A stretch of 64,000 nucleotides of DNA from the human T2T-CHM13v2.0 reference genome, Homo sapiens (GCF_009914755.1 NC_060942.1); one strand, 5' to 3'; shown: positions 17,011 through 35,003, numbered from the stretch's first letter. Notes: generated by a model not told the origin, from the sequence alone. Program-made: numbers and translations.

Positions 17011-17151
17011 GGAATACTACTCAGCCATAAAAAGGAATGAAATAATGGCATTCGCAGCAACCTGGATGGAAGTGGAGACTATTACTCTAAGTGAAGTAAC
17101 TCAGGAGTGGAAAACCAAACATTATATGTTCTCACTCATATGTGGGAGCTA
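14373..17151 (+). pseudogene. Disrupted L1PB ORF2 RT and C-terminal region
   Basis: Fragmented ORFs 14511-14777, 15119-15565 (LFSDKMIIY, degenerate FADD), 15600-15806, 16101-16586. Confidence 0.88.
16946..17008. repeat. (CA)n microsatellite, with a shorter tract at 16822-16840
   Basis: Directly visible. Confidence 0.95.
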
Positions 17152-17404
17152 AGCAATGAGGATACAGAGGAATGAGAATGATACATTGGACTTTGGGAAC
17201 TCGGGGGAATGGTTGGGGGATGGCAAGGGATAAAAGACTACACATTGGGTACAGTGTATACTGGTTGGGTGACCAGTGCACCAAAATCTCAAAAGTCACC
17301 ACTAAATAACTTATTCATGTAACCAAACACCATCTGTTCCTCAAAAACCTATTGAAATAAAATTTTAAAAATTAAAAAATATTAAAACTAATTAAAGCAC
17401 AGCA

Positions 17405-18580
17405 ATTAAAAATTTCATGGGGAAATACTTTGTGACTGTTCCTCTTTAGAGTTTTGCCTACTAATTCTAGCATTCACATTTGATCTTGCCCAAAATAATT
17501 ACTACTATGATGTAGCAATGATAATTGTTTTACTTTCCACATTCTTCCCACATTTAATAACTAAAATTCTTCTGTACAGAAGAGTTATCATACTTCCTTA
17601 TTTATTTATTTATAAACATATATAAATATATAGATATTTGTATTTATAAAAACATATTTTTATAAATATAAAATAATTTATTATTCTCTACAGAAGGGTT
17701 GTCATACTTCCTTATTTATTTTTTATTCATATTAGAATGGACTCATGGATGTATATTTTAGGTAATAATTTATTACTATTGCTATTGTTTTGTTGTTTGA
17801 ATTGTTTCAGCTTTGGCCATTGGGAGTTCTTTCATGTTTACACCTATGTCCTTGACCTATGTGCCTATCCTCTCTTTTTCTTTTGTAGCAGGTCTTTTAT
17901 AGTACACTTTCTGACCATTTAGGTTTATCTGAATCTTCCGATATTTTCCTTGTCTCAGTTCTAGATTTAACCATTTCCACAAGGGGCCCTGGAAAACAGT
18001 CTTCAGAGAACAAATGGTGTGTTCATTTCTCCTGAGGTTTCACTAATTTAAAGCCTCTCAGCCAACATGGTAGGGAGTGTATATATTTATACTAACCTAT
18101 GTATACACACAATCTACGTTTACTTTATCTACCTATTATCTATATATCTAATCTATCTATCTATAATCTATCTTTTAAAATAATCATGAGTTTATTCTGA
18201 TATCTCCCACTCTGACAAACCACCTCAGAGCTCTTCGTCGCTTTTTCTATTTGCTTATTTTTTGTTAACTTCTCTTACAAGGGCAAAACTGGTTCTCATT
18301 ATCTATAGTATATTTACTTGTTCAAGCCTTGCATAAATGTAGTCAAAACTGCTAAACTGTACCCCTGTGAAAAATAAATCTAGACATAAGACTAAATGTT
18401 TTGTGTACAATTTTTCTAGCCTATCAGTATTTAGTCAAGGCACTGTTTTACCAAGGTATTTAGATGAGTTCCTTTCCTTTCCTTCCCCTTCAGTGAGCTT
18501 ATGTCATCTATTGTAATATAGTTAAATTCCTTCTTCATATACTGTATATACCAACTAGAGTTCTCCAGCCATCCTTTTTC
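17405..18580 (-). mobile_element. L1MC4-like element, right part
   Basis: ATGGACTCATGGAT and CAGCTTTGGCCATTGGGAG motifs; collinear with 5790-6768. Confidence 0.65.
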
Positions 18581-19100
18581 TTTTTTATTTTGTAGTTAAA
18601 AACTTATGTATAACAGATTTATATACAACATACAAATTATGAGTACATCTCCAGTGAATTTTTCAAAGGACACACATGTAATTTCCAGTCAGTTAAAGAC
18701 AGGAATGATCACTAACACACTTGACCCTCCTTTATGACCCTTTTGATCATTATTTATCAGAAAAATAATGTTTATTTTGACTTATGTAACAGGGGTTAAC
18801 TTTGTTTTTCAACATTCTGTAAATAGATAACCTTTTAAAAATTCAATACATTTATGAGATCCACCCATGTAGTGACATATATGAGGTACTTGTTCTTTTT
18901 AATTGCCCTACAGTATTCTTTAATCAACTTTATTGAGGTACATTGGACATGCAATAAACTGCACTCATTTTCAAGTATACTGTTTGAGTTTTGACATACA
19001 TATGCATTCATTTAACTACCATCTTACTCAAGATATACAATTCTCCCATCACCACAAAAAAATCTCTCATGCTACTTTACAGACTGGACCATCTTCCCCC
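18581..19100 (-). mobile_element. Old L1M (L1ME/L1MB-like) 3' fragments
   Basis: CAACTTTATTGAGGTACA...AAACTGCAC; CATTTATGAGATCCACCCATG. Confidence 0.55.
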
Positions 19101-19101
19101 T

Positions 19102-19425
19102 TGTATTAGTTTGTTCCATGGGCTGAACAGGAAGCATGGCTCGCAGGCCTCAGGAAACTTAAAATCATGGCAGAAGGTGAAGTGGAAGCCAACACATCCT
19201 ACATGGCTGGAGCAGGAGAAAGAGAGAGCAAGGGGAAAGATGCTACACACTTTTCAACAACTGATCCCATGAGAGCTCAGTCATGAGACAACACTAGGGG
19301 GATGGTGCTATATCATTAGAAACCACCTTCATGATCCAGTCACCTCCCACCAGGCCCCACCTCCAACAGTGGGAATTATAATTCAACATGAGATTTGGGT
19401 AGGGACACAGAGCCAAACCATATCA
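19102..19425 (-). mobile_element. MSTA-like MaLR solo LTR, partly deleted
   Basis: TGTATTAGT...GAGATTTGGGTAGGGACACAGAGCCAAACCATATCA; 5-bp TSD CCCCT/CCCAT. Confidence 0.88.
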
Positions 19426-19479
19426 CCCATGCACCCTGCATAGCACTTATTTCTTACCAAATTGGTCATTTGAAATATT

Positions 19480-19899
19480 AAACTCTTCGTGTTGCTTTCC
19501 AGCTCTCCAATCCTTCAGGTCTTCCCCATTGCTTTCAGGATAAAATAGGATCTTTTGGATAACTTTTATGTTCTCCCTGAGCTGACCTCTGTACACTTCC
19601 ACTTGCTGCTCTCCTCCCTTTCACTTTACTGTCCTTCCATATAGAACTACTTACAAATCCATGAATGGCCCAGGCTCTTTACTTCCTGTCTTCACACATG
19701 CATGACATTCTTTAAATCAAGAGTATTTTTCTTTATTTTCTTACTCATGACCACCCAATTGGGAAACTTTGCTGCACTTCACTTTATAAGTAACACTACC
19801 ATCAATTCCTATACTTGTATGAAATTATGGCCCTAGGATGTGGTCTGATAACACAGGCCCTACTCTGTTATATGCTTATTGTATCTTTTTTTGTACTTA

Positions 19900-19900
<1 letters not shown>
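19480..19900 (+). mobile_element. L2 fragment
   Basis: CCTTCAGGTCTTCCCCATTGCTTTCAGGATAAAA motif. Confidence 0.5.
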
Positions 19901-21880
<1,980 letters not shown>

Positions 21881-22460
21881 TCTGCATTGTGATCTATATT
21901 GAGTGATTAAGCAGTGAGGAAAAGACCGTAAATGCTACATGGTGCTGCTTCAGAAACAGAACTGAGAGCGCAGGTATAACATGGGGAGAAGATTGGGTCA
22001 GGCATAACTGAATACACTGTGGGTGGTACTCAAGATGAAAGCCCCCGATCTCTTTCTGTATTGTTATTTAATTGCTTATGGATTGCCATGGAAGGTTTAG
22101 GAAGGGGCAGGTCCTCCTGCTGTGCCAGTTTATCACTGACTACCTGAAGAAGATCTGCTGTCAGTATCACAGTCTAAATCTGAAATGTAATATCTATTGG
22201 CTTCATTCCTCACTTAAATCTAAGACAGTGAAAACTAATTTTAATATTCTGTTTGATAAAGAACAATTCAACTTGGGTATTAGAAAAAAAAACTATTGAG
22301 TGAGATCAGAATTTTTCTGTGAGCAAGATACAAACGGTCTGTGTTTATTTTATTTATATATGCCTTCAGGTCTTAATATTTTTTGACTATTTCACCATCT
22401 TTCTTTTTTTTGTGGTTATCTGTGAAAAGCATGATTGACTGCATCCAAACTAAGACACCA

Positions 22461-22496
22461 GTGTGTGCGTGTGTGTGTGTGCGCGCATGCGTGTAT
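22461..22496. repeat. 36-nt alternating purine-pyrimidine (GT/GC) tract
   Basis: GTGTGTGCGTGTGTGTGTGTGCGCGCATGCGTGTAT. Confidence 0.9.
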
Positions 22497-22751
22497 TTCC
22501 ATTAGCATTCTCATTTCATCATGACTGATAGAATCCTAAATCTCTCTATTCACTGGGTCATACTAATTGCCTAAGTCAAATTTTAATTTTGGGAGAAGTG
22601 CTCAATTTAAGCCAGCAAATAAACTGCTAAATAATGGATCTCTGCATTAGTGGAGAAGGTAAACTAGTGCCTCAATTATTCCCATCACTTCCAAGTTTCT
22701 ATGACTGTCAAAATTGTATCTTCTCATTTTTCCATTAAAATACATGATAGA

Positions 22752-23168
<417 letters not shown>

Positions 23169-23214
23169 TTATGTTTTGTAAATTATAGTTTCACTACTAT
23201 TTTTCATTTATTTT

Positions 23215-24150
23215 TTATTATTTTTATTTTTTTTTTTGGAGATAAGATCTTGCTCTGTTGACCAGGCTAGAGTGCAGTAGTGTGATCATAGTGAAGTGGC
23301 TACATTGTCTAGGGTATATACCCGGGGTTTGTTATCTTCCACAGGAAAAATTTAGGCACGAACACACATGAGGAGTTCAGGAGTGGAGGTTTAATAAGCA
23401 GAAGAAAGAGAAAGAAAAACAGCTCTCTCTCTACTGAGAGAGATTGGGGACTTCCAAAAGGGAAGACCAGCCGGCTGGCAGTAGATGCACAGGATTTTAT
23501 AGTCCGGCTTGAGGAGGCGGTGTCTGATTAACACTGGACTCACAGATTGGCTCAATCAGGTGTGGTATTTACACAGAGCTCGGGGAAAGCTGGTCGCCCC
23601 ACTCTAATGTTATTATGCAAATAAATTCTCCACTTGACCGGGGCCATCTTATCTGTTCCTACAGTACATGTGGCTTACAGAGAAGGGAGGATGGAGCGGC
23701 CATCTTGAACATGTCTAGTCCCTAGTTCCTGGCATCATTCACCCATGCAAGCTCCCAGCTTGTCTATGTCTGCAGCTCGAATTTACAGGCTGTTCTTTGT
23801 TATAAAATGATTTGGGGCTGCTTTTCATTAAGAAGAAATGCCTTACCAAGGACTCTCATACCCGCACTATCTGCCTAAGTGATTTTTTTCTTAACTCCCA
23901 TATCAATAGCTCACTGTAACCTCAAACTCCTGGGCTGAAGCAATACTCCCACCTCATCCTTCTGAATAGTTAGAACTTCAGGTGGATGCCACCTGCCCAG
24001 CTAAGTTCATTTGACTCATTTTCACCTTTTTGTAAAGATGAGGTCTTGCTGTGTTGTCTAGGCTGGCCTGGAACTACTGGCCTCAAGTGGTTCTCCTGCT
24101 TTGGCTTCCCAAAGCACAGGAATGACAGACATGAGCCACCACGCCTGACC
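23215..24150 (-). mobile_element. AluJ split by an LTR insertion
   Basis: Right-monomer sequence GTGATCATAG|CTCACTGTAACCTC resumes after 23909. Confidence 0.88.
23292..23905 (-). mobile_element. MER61-like ERV1 solo LTR
   Basis: TG...CA ends, perfect 4-bp TSD ATAG; minus strand starts TGATATGGGAGTTAAG...TTAGGCAGATAGTG. Confidence 0.82.
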
Positions 24151-24759
24151 TCCACCACTCTGTATTAAGGGAAATATGAATATCCTGCCATGGTGAGATG
24201 AGACAATGTATGCAAAAACTTATTTTTAAATTATAATAGTTATACATATTTAAGACACCGTTTATTAACATTTACCACATACCCTATAGGCATATTTCTT
24301 GAAATTTTAACAACTCCGAAGTTAAGATTGAGGTGTGTTGGAGTTTAAGTGTTGGTGCTTTTTTTGTCTCCTTAGTTCAACATAAAATAATGGTGCTTTT
24401 TCTAAATAATAGTACCCTTGAATCAGTGAAAAAAAGTATATTATAATTATTGTAAATTTCAGCAATTTATAGATAGCACAATTTCTTATGAAAGAAGTAT
24501 TTGTACAAACTGACTGCAAAAAAAGTAATCATAGACTGATGACAACACATAAAAAAAGCAAAAAAAAAAAAACTTAGATGAAAAGCTCCACGTGCAAGTA
24601 TAGTCAGTCTCATTTCTTCGCAAGTATAACAGCACATTTAATGGGATGAAATAAAGTGTTGACATTCTCATATTGTTTTAAAATACTGAGAATAACATGG
24701 TAATAGGCCCTTTAAGTATATGTAAACTTATAATATCATGTTTTTAATATCACTTTAAT

Positions 24760-24955
24760 ATATACTCATTTTATTTTGTTCTCATCAGGGCTCTATTATA
24801 TATGCAGTGCAAATATATACAACCTCCTTTTACAGATAGTAAAACTGAAGACCCCCAAAATGTAGTAATGTCTCTCAGTTCATGGTGTGTTAACATGACT
24901 TTAAGACCTGAAACAGGATTTGATTTCTAAATCCATTTTCTTTCTATCATGCCGG
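24760..24955 (-). mobile_element. MIR relic
   Basis: TTTTACAGATAGTAAAACTGAAGAC core. Confidence 0.6.
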
Positions 24956-25599
24956 GCATAATTTTCTCCTAGTAGACTCTAGAGGCACTAAAAACCTAAA
25001 TCACAGGCTTTTTGACTGAGCTTTAGAGCAAGAATAACCAAAAGTTCAGAGGAAGGGAAGAAACAATAATGCTTCATGTAGGATGGAAATATAGAACTCT
25101 TTCTTTTCTGTCTCCTTTTCCCCTAGATGTTTTCTTTGTTTAGAGTCAATTAAAATCCTGGTTTCTTATTGAGGCACTCGATATCTTTCAATAATCCATA
25201 ACTGTTGATTCTGATCTAATTATTGTTCCATGCCCACAAAAATGACAAATTTACAAAGAACAAAATCTGATAATATTTAATAAAATGTTCACTCTTAATT
25301 CAAAGTAAGTGCTATGCATTTTACATTGGGTACCTCATTGTAGCCACTCAGAAATCGAGTGTCACACTAGATTTCAATCCTTGTCTGCATGTTTGGAAAG
25401 ACAAGGTTGTTTGGCATAATGTTGCTTCTCATTAGAATTATAACAAAATCCAAGTAAAAAGATACACTTCATAGTTGTTAAGTCATGAACAGATAAGATG
25501 GTTCCATGAACAATATATTACAAACATGGATTATAAACAACAAAGTTATCAAATCAAATTAAAGTTAATGTTAAATCAAGCATTCCCCAAACTCTCTTT

Positions 25600-25910
25600 A
25601 AGCAATTTAATCTACTTTTGTGGCTTCACCATCACTTAGATGAAAATGACTTCAAAATTTATATATCCTGGCCACATTCTAAGATTCTGACACATATAGC
25701 CAGCTGCCTCCAAAACATTTCCAGCTGGACTTACCACCAATTTCCCAAATAGAACACACCTTCCTCAGTGCTGGAAATGATGCTGTGTTTGTATTAGTTT
25801 GTTTATTTGTTTTATAAGAATATGAGATAAACTATTGACAGAGTGTCTTTAATATTTTGTTTTTAGGATATTTCCTGGTACACATTAGATAATCAATGAA
25901 TATTTATTTC
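25600..25910 (+). mobile_element. L2 fragments
   Basis: GATGAAAATGACTTCAAAATTTATATATC; L2-like 3' end ATCAATGAATATTTATT. Confidence 0.45.
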
Positions 25911-27037
25911 AAAAATGAGTAGTAACTATTATGTACAGTTATTGCTATGTTACATGGTCATAAATAATTAAATGTTTAGGTGAGAAACTCAATGAAGCCC
26001 AAATTATGCTTAATTTGTATAAAAAATGAATAGAAAGAAATCTAGCTGGAACATAAGGTCATTTTGAGGTAGAGGCCCCAGTGAGGTTATGTATATTTAA
26101 ATTCTATGTATAGACAGAACTCTCTTTATTTGAGGGGGAAAATGAAATAATCTCTAACATAGCTCAGGGTCAAGCTTTGAATTTATTCAACCCATATAGT
26201 TTGGCCAGGATACCAGAAAAAAATTCAGATGAGGATATTATTGTTCTTCTTCTCCATGATGTTGGCTCTAAATAATGCCCTCTATTATCCTTTAGCTCCC
26301 CAACCCTTATAGATGAAAACAAGTCCAGCAACAGATTCTGCTACCATGTTTTTCTTTGTAAGAATATTCACCCCTGCAACAGCAGAATTTGATGTCAATT
26401 TAGTTTTGTTGTAACCACACATTAATCTTGTATCCCAGTGTCTACTGTGGGCTCTTATTTTATTTCTTCTGTCCAGCACTCTTTTTTAAAACTAATGTCC
26501 TTCTACCTGTTTGTGTCCCCTCTGTATAAACCCAATAATTATTATGTAGTTTAATGACACTGCAGCAATAAAATTAATAGTGGCAATGACAGTGCCCACT
26601 AAACATTTACAAATGCCTTCAAATGTAAATGTAATGTAAGTCCATGCAACATAGCTATCGGCAAACACTTTATTATCAGCTTTAAAAATCTTTACCTCAA
26701 TTTTGAAATCTGATTTTATCAAACTCCTCAGTTTATAGGATGCAATCATCATCAGTCCATACAAGGCCATTTCTTTTAGTGTTTATTCTCTTTTTACCCA
26801 AATTTCAATTCTATTCTATCATTCTCATTGGCTCCAACTTTCATGTCAAATATCTTTTATATATGTATGCCTTCTTCTACAACATATGGTAATTATTTAT
26901 TGTCTATGTGTTTGTAAATTACCAAAAAAATTGTTGAGCTGTAGGTAGAATATTTCTTATATTTTTTCACTCAACAGTTTTCAAATTCTATCTGGGTTGC
27001 CAGACATACTTTGGAGCTTCTAATTTTAAGTGCTTTA

Positions 27038-27410
27038 TGTTATGGGCCGAATTGTGTCTCCCTAAAATTTATTTGTTGAAATTACAACTCTCCAGTACCT
27101 GGGAATGTAACTGTATGTGAAGATAAGGTCTTTAAAGAGATGGTTGAGTTAAAATGAAACCCAAATTCAATATGACTGATGGATTATAAGAAGAAGAAGA
27201 GACATTGGAGGCAGGTGTGCACAGGGAAAAGACCATGTGAAGATAAACAAGAGAGCCTGTCATCCAAGGAGAAAGGGCTCAGGGAAGCTATCCCTGATGA
27301 CACCTTGATCTTGGACTTCCAGCCTTCAGAATGGTGAGAAAATAAATTTCAGTTGTTTAAGTCACTCAGCCTCTGGGATTTTGTTACAGCATTCCTAACA
27401 TACTAATACA
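27038..27410 (+). mobile_element. MLT1B-like MaLR solo LTR
   Basis: TGTTATGGGCCGAATTGTGTC...CACCTTGATCTTGGACTTCCAGCC...ACTAATACA. Confidence 0.85.
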
Positions 27411-27437
27411 TTTAGTATTTCATTACACGCATGGATT

Positions 27438-28101
27438 TGTGGACCAAAACATATCTGAGACAAGTCTCAATCAATTTAGAAAGTTTGTTTTGCCAAGCAT
27501 AAGGACATGCATACAAGTAGTTCTGTGCCTTCTTCAAATATGATTTTGAGAGCTTCAATATTTAAAAGGGAAAGAGTGGATATTGGGGAAAGAGGAAGAA
27601 ATTCTACAAAGGTGTGGGTAAATAGACAAACGGTTGAATCTTTTGAGTCTCTGATCAGCCTTTCACCAAATACATAATTTACACGTAAAAGACGAGTAGA
27701 GGAATTGTCACTTATGCCTTCCTCTAGCTCAGTGAATCTGCATTTTTACATCAGAGGAAACAATCAGATATGCATTTGTCTCAGGTGAGCCGAGGGATGA
27801 CTTAGAGTTCTGTCCTTTTTCTGGCATCTGTGAAGATAAGCTATCGATATATACTGCCATGGTGACATTCAACAGAACCGTTTTAGAATAAAGATCTTGG
27901 GGCCCACAGGGAATTTCCTAGCGGGCAAATTGTGAGGGAGGTATGTAGCTTTTTATTAAAAATAAATAAATAAATAAAAATATTTGTAGCTATCTTATTT
28001 AGGAATATACTGAGAGACAGGTTTACTTGATGCAGTTCCCAGCTTGACTTTTCCCTTTGGCTTAGTGATTTGGGGGTCCCGAGGTTTATTTTCCTTTCAC
28101 A
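27438..28101 (-). mobile_element. MER4-family ERV1 solo LTR
   Basis: Minus strand starts TGTGAAAGGAAAATAAA...GGGAAAAGTCAAGCTGGGAACTG; perfect TSD GATT. Confidence 0.87.
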
Positions 28102-28149
28102 GATTCTACACACACATGCACACGTACACATATCTAATGTCACTCATAC

Positions 28150-28835
28150 TGTTACAGTAGGTCAGCATGAGCAGGGCAGGAGAGGGCTCCCCCACCCCAC
28201 AAGGAATGTCAGGCGACCATCAGGTGATGTTGAGGTGGTTGTAAACTGTCTCACTAAAAGAATAATTTGTCCCAGCCAGATCCAGGGAAAGGCAGTCTCC
28301 TAACAGACAAAAACCTGAAACTGGTGATCAGCAGTTTCCTGACAAGATCTCAGGAGTTGAGTGAGTGGGTTCAGGCATGTTCACTAAGAGGCAAAATGGC
28401 ACATTTTAACTGGTATATGACCTTCTAGGGACATTTGGTAAGGGAAGAACACCTCAAATGAGCATGTACAACTCCAGTAAATACACTGTGCATGCTCACC
28501 TCCCAAGTGCTAGCCAGTCACTGTGTATGTGGACAGCCCATGCCAAGAGAAGAATTAGGGAGAAGGGAGACAAGACCCCAGAAGTATGCCAACATATAAA
28601 ACAGGGTCAAAGATCAAACAGGGCACCTGATCTCTTAAGTTGCCCACTTGGCCTGCTTCCAAGTGTACTTTACTTCCTTTCATTCCTACTCTAAAGCTTT
28701 TTAATAAACTTTCACTACTGCTCTAAAATTGCCTCAGTATCTCGCTCTGCCTTATGCCCGTCAGTCAAATTATTTCTTCTGAGGAGGCAAGAATTGAGGT
28801 TGCTACAGACTCATATGGATTCTCTGTCAGTAACA
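28150..28835 (+). mobile_element. MER50-like ERV1 solo LTR
   Basis: TG...CA ends, GGAATGTCAGGCGACCATCAGGTGATG, TATAAAA and AATAAA; TSD ATAC/ATAT. Confidence 0.8.
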
Positions 28836-29608
28836 ATATTCCCAGCTCCTGTAATTGTCACTTCAGTTGTAACCAACTCTCTGCAACCACAAATAGTGCT
28901 GTGATAAACAAATTCATACATAGTTCCTTTGCAGGGGATTCTCTACAGCATATTTCCACAAGAAAAGAGATAGGGTATGCACAACCATTTTCACTAAACA
29001 TGGCTAGTTTGCTCACTTAAATGGAAGTATCACATTACACTCTTACTAGCAACACGTGAAATTTCCTTTCTCTCACAAGTTAGCCAAAGTATTATGTGAG
29101 TAACTAATTTTCAACAATCTGAAGTTTGTCAAAATGTATCACATTGTTCTAATGTGTACTTATATGATTATTAGTGAGAAATACTTTTCTGTTCCAGCAC
29201 TCTTGATCACTTTAGTAGTAATTACCTATTCAGATATTTTGTCCTTTATTTGCTTTCCGATTTTTTCTAATTTTTTGAGCTATTTATTATATTTTTAAAT
29301 ATTAATTCCTTATGGAGTTTAGGCATTGGAAATATCTCTTTGCAATCTATTATTTATCTTTTTACTCTATCACATCCACTGAATTCACTAAATGATGGCT
29401 GAAAGGATAGTCTTAAAGGGAACCCAAACCCCAACCAGTTTGGCTTTTCATAATCTTGAAATTTTTATCCTTTTGAGGTCTTCCCTTGTCTTTATGATTT
29501 CTTTTGTTATCTTTTAATTATGTTTTATTTAGTTTCTGTCTTTCTGGATTTTTTCTTGGTATTTTTTATAGCTAAATATGAATTTTTCTCTGAGTACCAC
29601 TGGTTTAG

Positions 29609-31350
<1,742 letters not shown>

Positions 31351-33192
31351 CATTCGCCAGCTCTCTCCAACCACTTTCACCAACACATATCAGATAATGC
31401 TGCCCTTAATAAGTTAGAGGTGCTCATCTTACAAACAAAATGAAACAAAGAAACCTGCCTTGGACCATAACGTGTCTGTTCCGGGGACAAGACAACTCTC
31501 TGGAACTAGAGTCTTTCTCTGAATCTGTTGAAATCTCTGCCCTAATGTAACTAGTCCTTAAGGATTTCCCTGGCCTGTTCTAAGTTGATGCAACTGATTC
31601 TAGAATATTGGGGTGAGTAGTGATACACTAATGGCAATTTGGGGGCAAGAAATAACACAAATGTAAAGATCTTACTTTTCTTATTCTTTAGCTAGAAGTC
31701 CTTGATTATGGAGTGCACATTTTTCAGCTCCCTTCCCTCCATCTCTCACTGGCAACCAACCATTTTATTCTTACACAGAGATTTCAGAGACTTCGTATTT
31801 ACTTTCACAGATCTGAAAATCTCCAAATTCCTTCTGTAGGATTGCAAGGTTGGATTTAGATGAGGATAGAGGAAGAAGCCAAAAACTCATGATATTTTCC
31901 CCATCTTCTTGGGAAAATAAAGTTGGCAACAGCTTCTGGAGGAGCCATCATCTTTGTATACATGTGTGTGTGTTTGTGTGTGTGTGTTGTTTAGAGTGTG
32001 TGTTTCTGCCATAGCTTTCAGTTTCAGTATCAATGTTGGCTAATTTTTGCCTAGGTTTTTCATAATAAAATAAAAATATATCCAAATATCTAATTTTTTC
32101 TCCTAATGTGTCAAAATTTTTTAACTATGAGTTCTTCTTGAGTTTCCAGCATGTACATACCAAACAAAAGCAAAGTAAGATGTAAACATTCATAGCTTTA
32201 CTCTCTTCCAAGCAGAATGAAAATATTTCCCACATCCCTCCCTGCCTTTCTAGTAGCTCACCAATACAGTTGCATTTACATATTTAATTCTGTTTTGAAA
32301 CTTTCTGCTTATAAAATTGTATAAATAGCTTGACCACATAACAAACATTTTAAGGTCAATAGCACAATTGCTCCATTGTGAGTCTTGCCTTCATGTGGAA
32401 TGTAACAATCCATTTTTCTGATGTTACTAATGTAAGTACATTTCATTGTAATATTTAAGTTTCATTTGATTAATTTCAATGGTAACCTTAAGGTTTTGAA
32501 TAAACTTTGAAAGAAGCTAAGTAGCTTCCCTGCAGAATGACTCTATTTTCTTTCAAGCTGCAGAAAAATTTTGTAAAATTCTATTACCTCCCATATGTTG
32601 AGGACTTTGAAAATTTTCATTGATAATTAGTTGTCATCCAACTTAAGCTGACAAAACACAACAAAGAAACTCAGCATGTCTTTATGTGAGAAATTTCAGC
32701 ATATTACTTCTTCCATTTGGTGTGTATGTCTAGTATGTTTGACTGCAGTTGAAAAATAATTTGTGCTAATATAAGACATTGTGGCAACTGAACCTAAGAT
32801 GAATCATCCTTCTTATATTCATGATCAGATTTTATCTTAAAACTCCCTCTTTTCAAAATCAATGCTCCATTTTTTTACAGAATTATTTCACTTTACCAGA
32901 AAAATATATACCTACTTATAGAATTTTTATAAGTTTAGAAGGTAGATGTTTTCTTAAATGTAAAAATCAAAGAAGCACACCCAATTAACTTCACCTCACT
33001 AAAAATCATGGTCCAGGGTTACTAAGGTTCAACCTTCCACAGTTTAAGACACACCTGAAAGACACACCTCTTTCGTGCATATCTAAGCCTTACTTCACAT
33101 TTAATTCTTCACAGTGCATAGATATTTAATAAGGTAATTATGTGTTCAATTTTACCCTATATATGAAGATTTCTTTTTTTAAATAGAGGCTA

Positions 33193-33494
<302 letters not shown>

Positions 33495-34316
33495 AGAGGG
33501 TATACTAGGAATAAAGTCAGCTTAATTCTGAAGGTTTCTATTTAGTGTCCTAAAGCCATGCAGTGCTACAAGAAGGACAGGCAAGTGCATACATACAAAG
33601 ACAGACACACTTTTAACCTAGGTTAAAGTTGGATGACAAAAAAGTACAAAAATCAAACAAACAAACAAAAAGAACCATGTTCCTCTAATTGTATGTATGT
33701 GGGCCAGAAAGAACCAAAAACAGTGGAATCAAGGCACAAGACTACAGCTGGGCAACAAGAAAGGAAGAAAGGAAGGTGCCACAGTGGGGTGGAGGTGGGG
33801 AGGTAACAGATCTTAGAATGGACAAGCCAGTAACTGCTACCCAAAGGTCCACGCCTCACCTTGACTGGCACTTCTGTGATCAGGCTCAAGATTGAACAGA
33901 GCATGAATGACGAGAGGAGCTAGAATTAGAAAAAAAATTAAGAGAGGCCCAAGACTGAGAGAAGGAAGGAAAGGTTTTATTCTTTGATGCAATAGCCAGT
34001 GAAGGAAAGGAGTCAGGTGAATGTTGGTGGAGAAAGAATGTACTTAAGTGAGATTACAACCTGGGGACCATATTTTTAAGGAAGTATCCATCCCTGTATC
34101 TACAGGGGAGGACAACATTGAAGATATAAATTTGACCACTTCTTTGATTTCTCGTCATTTTCCATAGGAATCATCTGCCTTTGATGTTTCTGCAAAAACT
34201 GAACAAAAACTCATATCATTTACATATATGTAATACCAAAAAAATGAGTAAAGACAGTAACCATCAGAAGATACAAAGAAAAGAGAAGTGAAATTAGGAG
34301 ACAATGTAGCCACTCA

Positions 34317-34349
34317 GTGTGTGTGTGTGTGTGCGCGTGTGTGTGTGCA
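34317..34349. repeat. (GT)n with GCGC core
   Basis: Directly visible. Confidence 0.9.
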
Positions 34350-34706
34350 GTGTACACAAATTAAATTTCTAGCAATAATTTTATATATTAATTTTTGAAG
34401 TACATGAAGTAATTCCAGCTATGAAAGAAGGCCAAACACCAAAACAGGAAATCAGGAATAGAAATACCAGAAAACAAGAGGCAGTATCCAGGCCAAATGA
34501 AAGGGTGAAAGGAAAACTTATAGAACTAAAGTAAGAAATAGAGGAGGGAAAAAAGCAATTTGAGAAATGAATACTAAACTAACATGAGTGCAAAGGAAAA
34601 TAGATCCCACAGATATTGCATTATAAGCTACAAAGAATAGAATTGAGACAGAAAAACAAGCTAAAAGAGAGATAAAGGTCAAAAGAGTAAGAAAAAATGA
34701 AGATTA

Positions 34707-35003
<297 letters not shown>

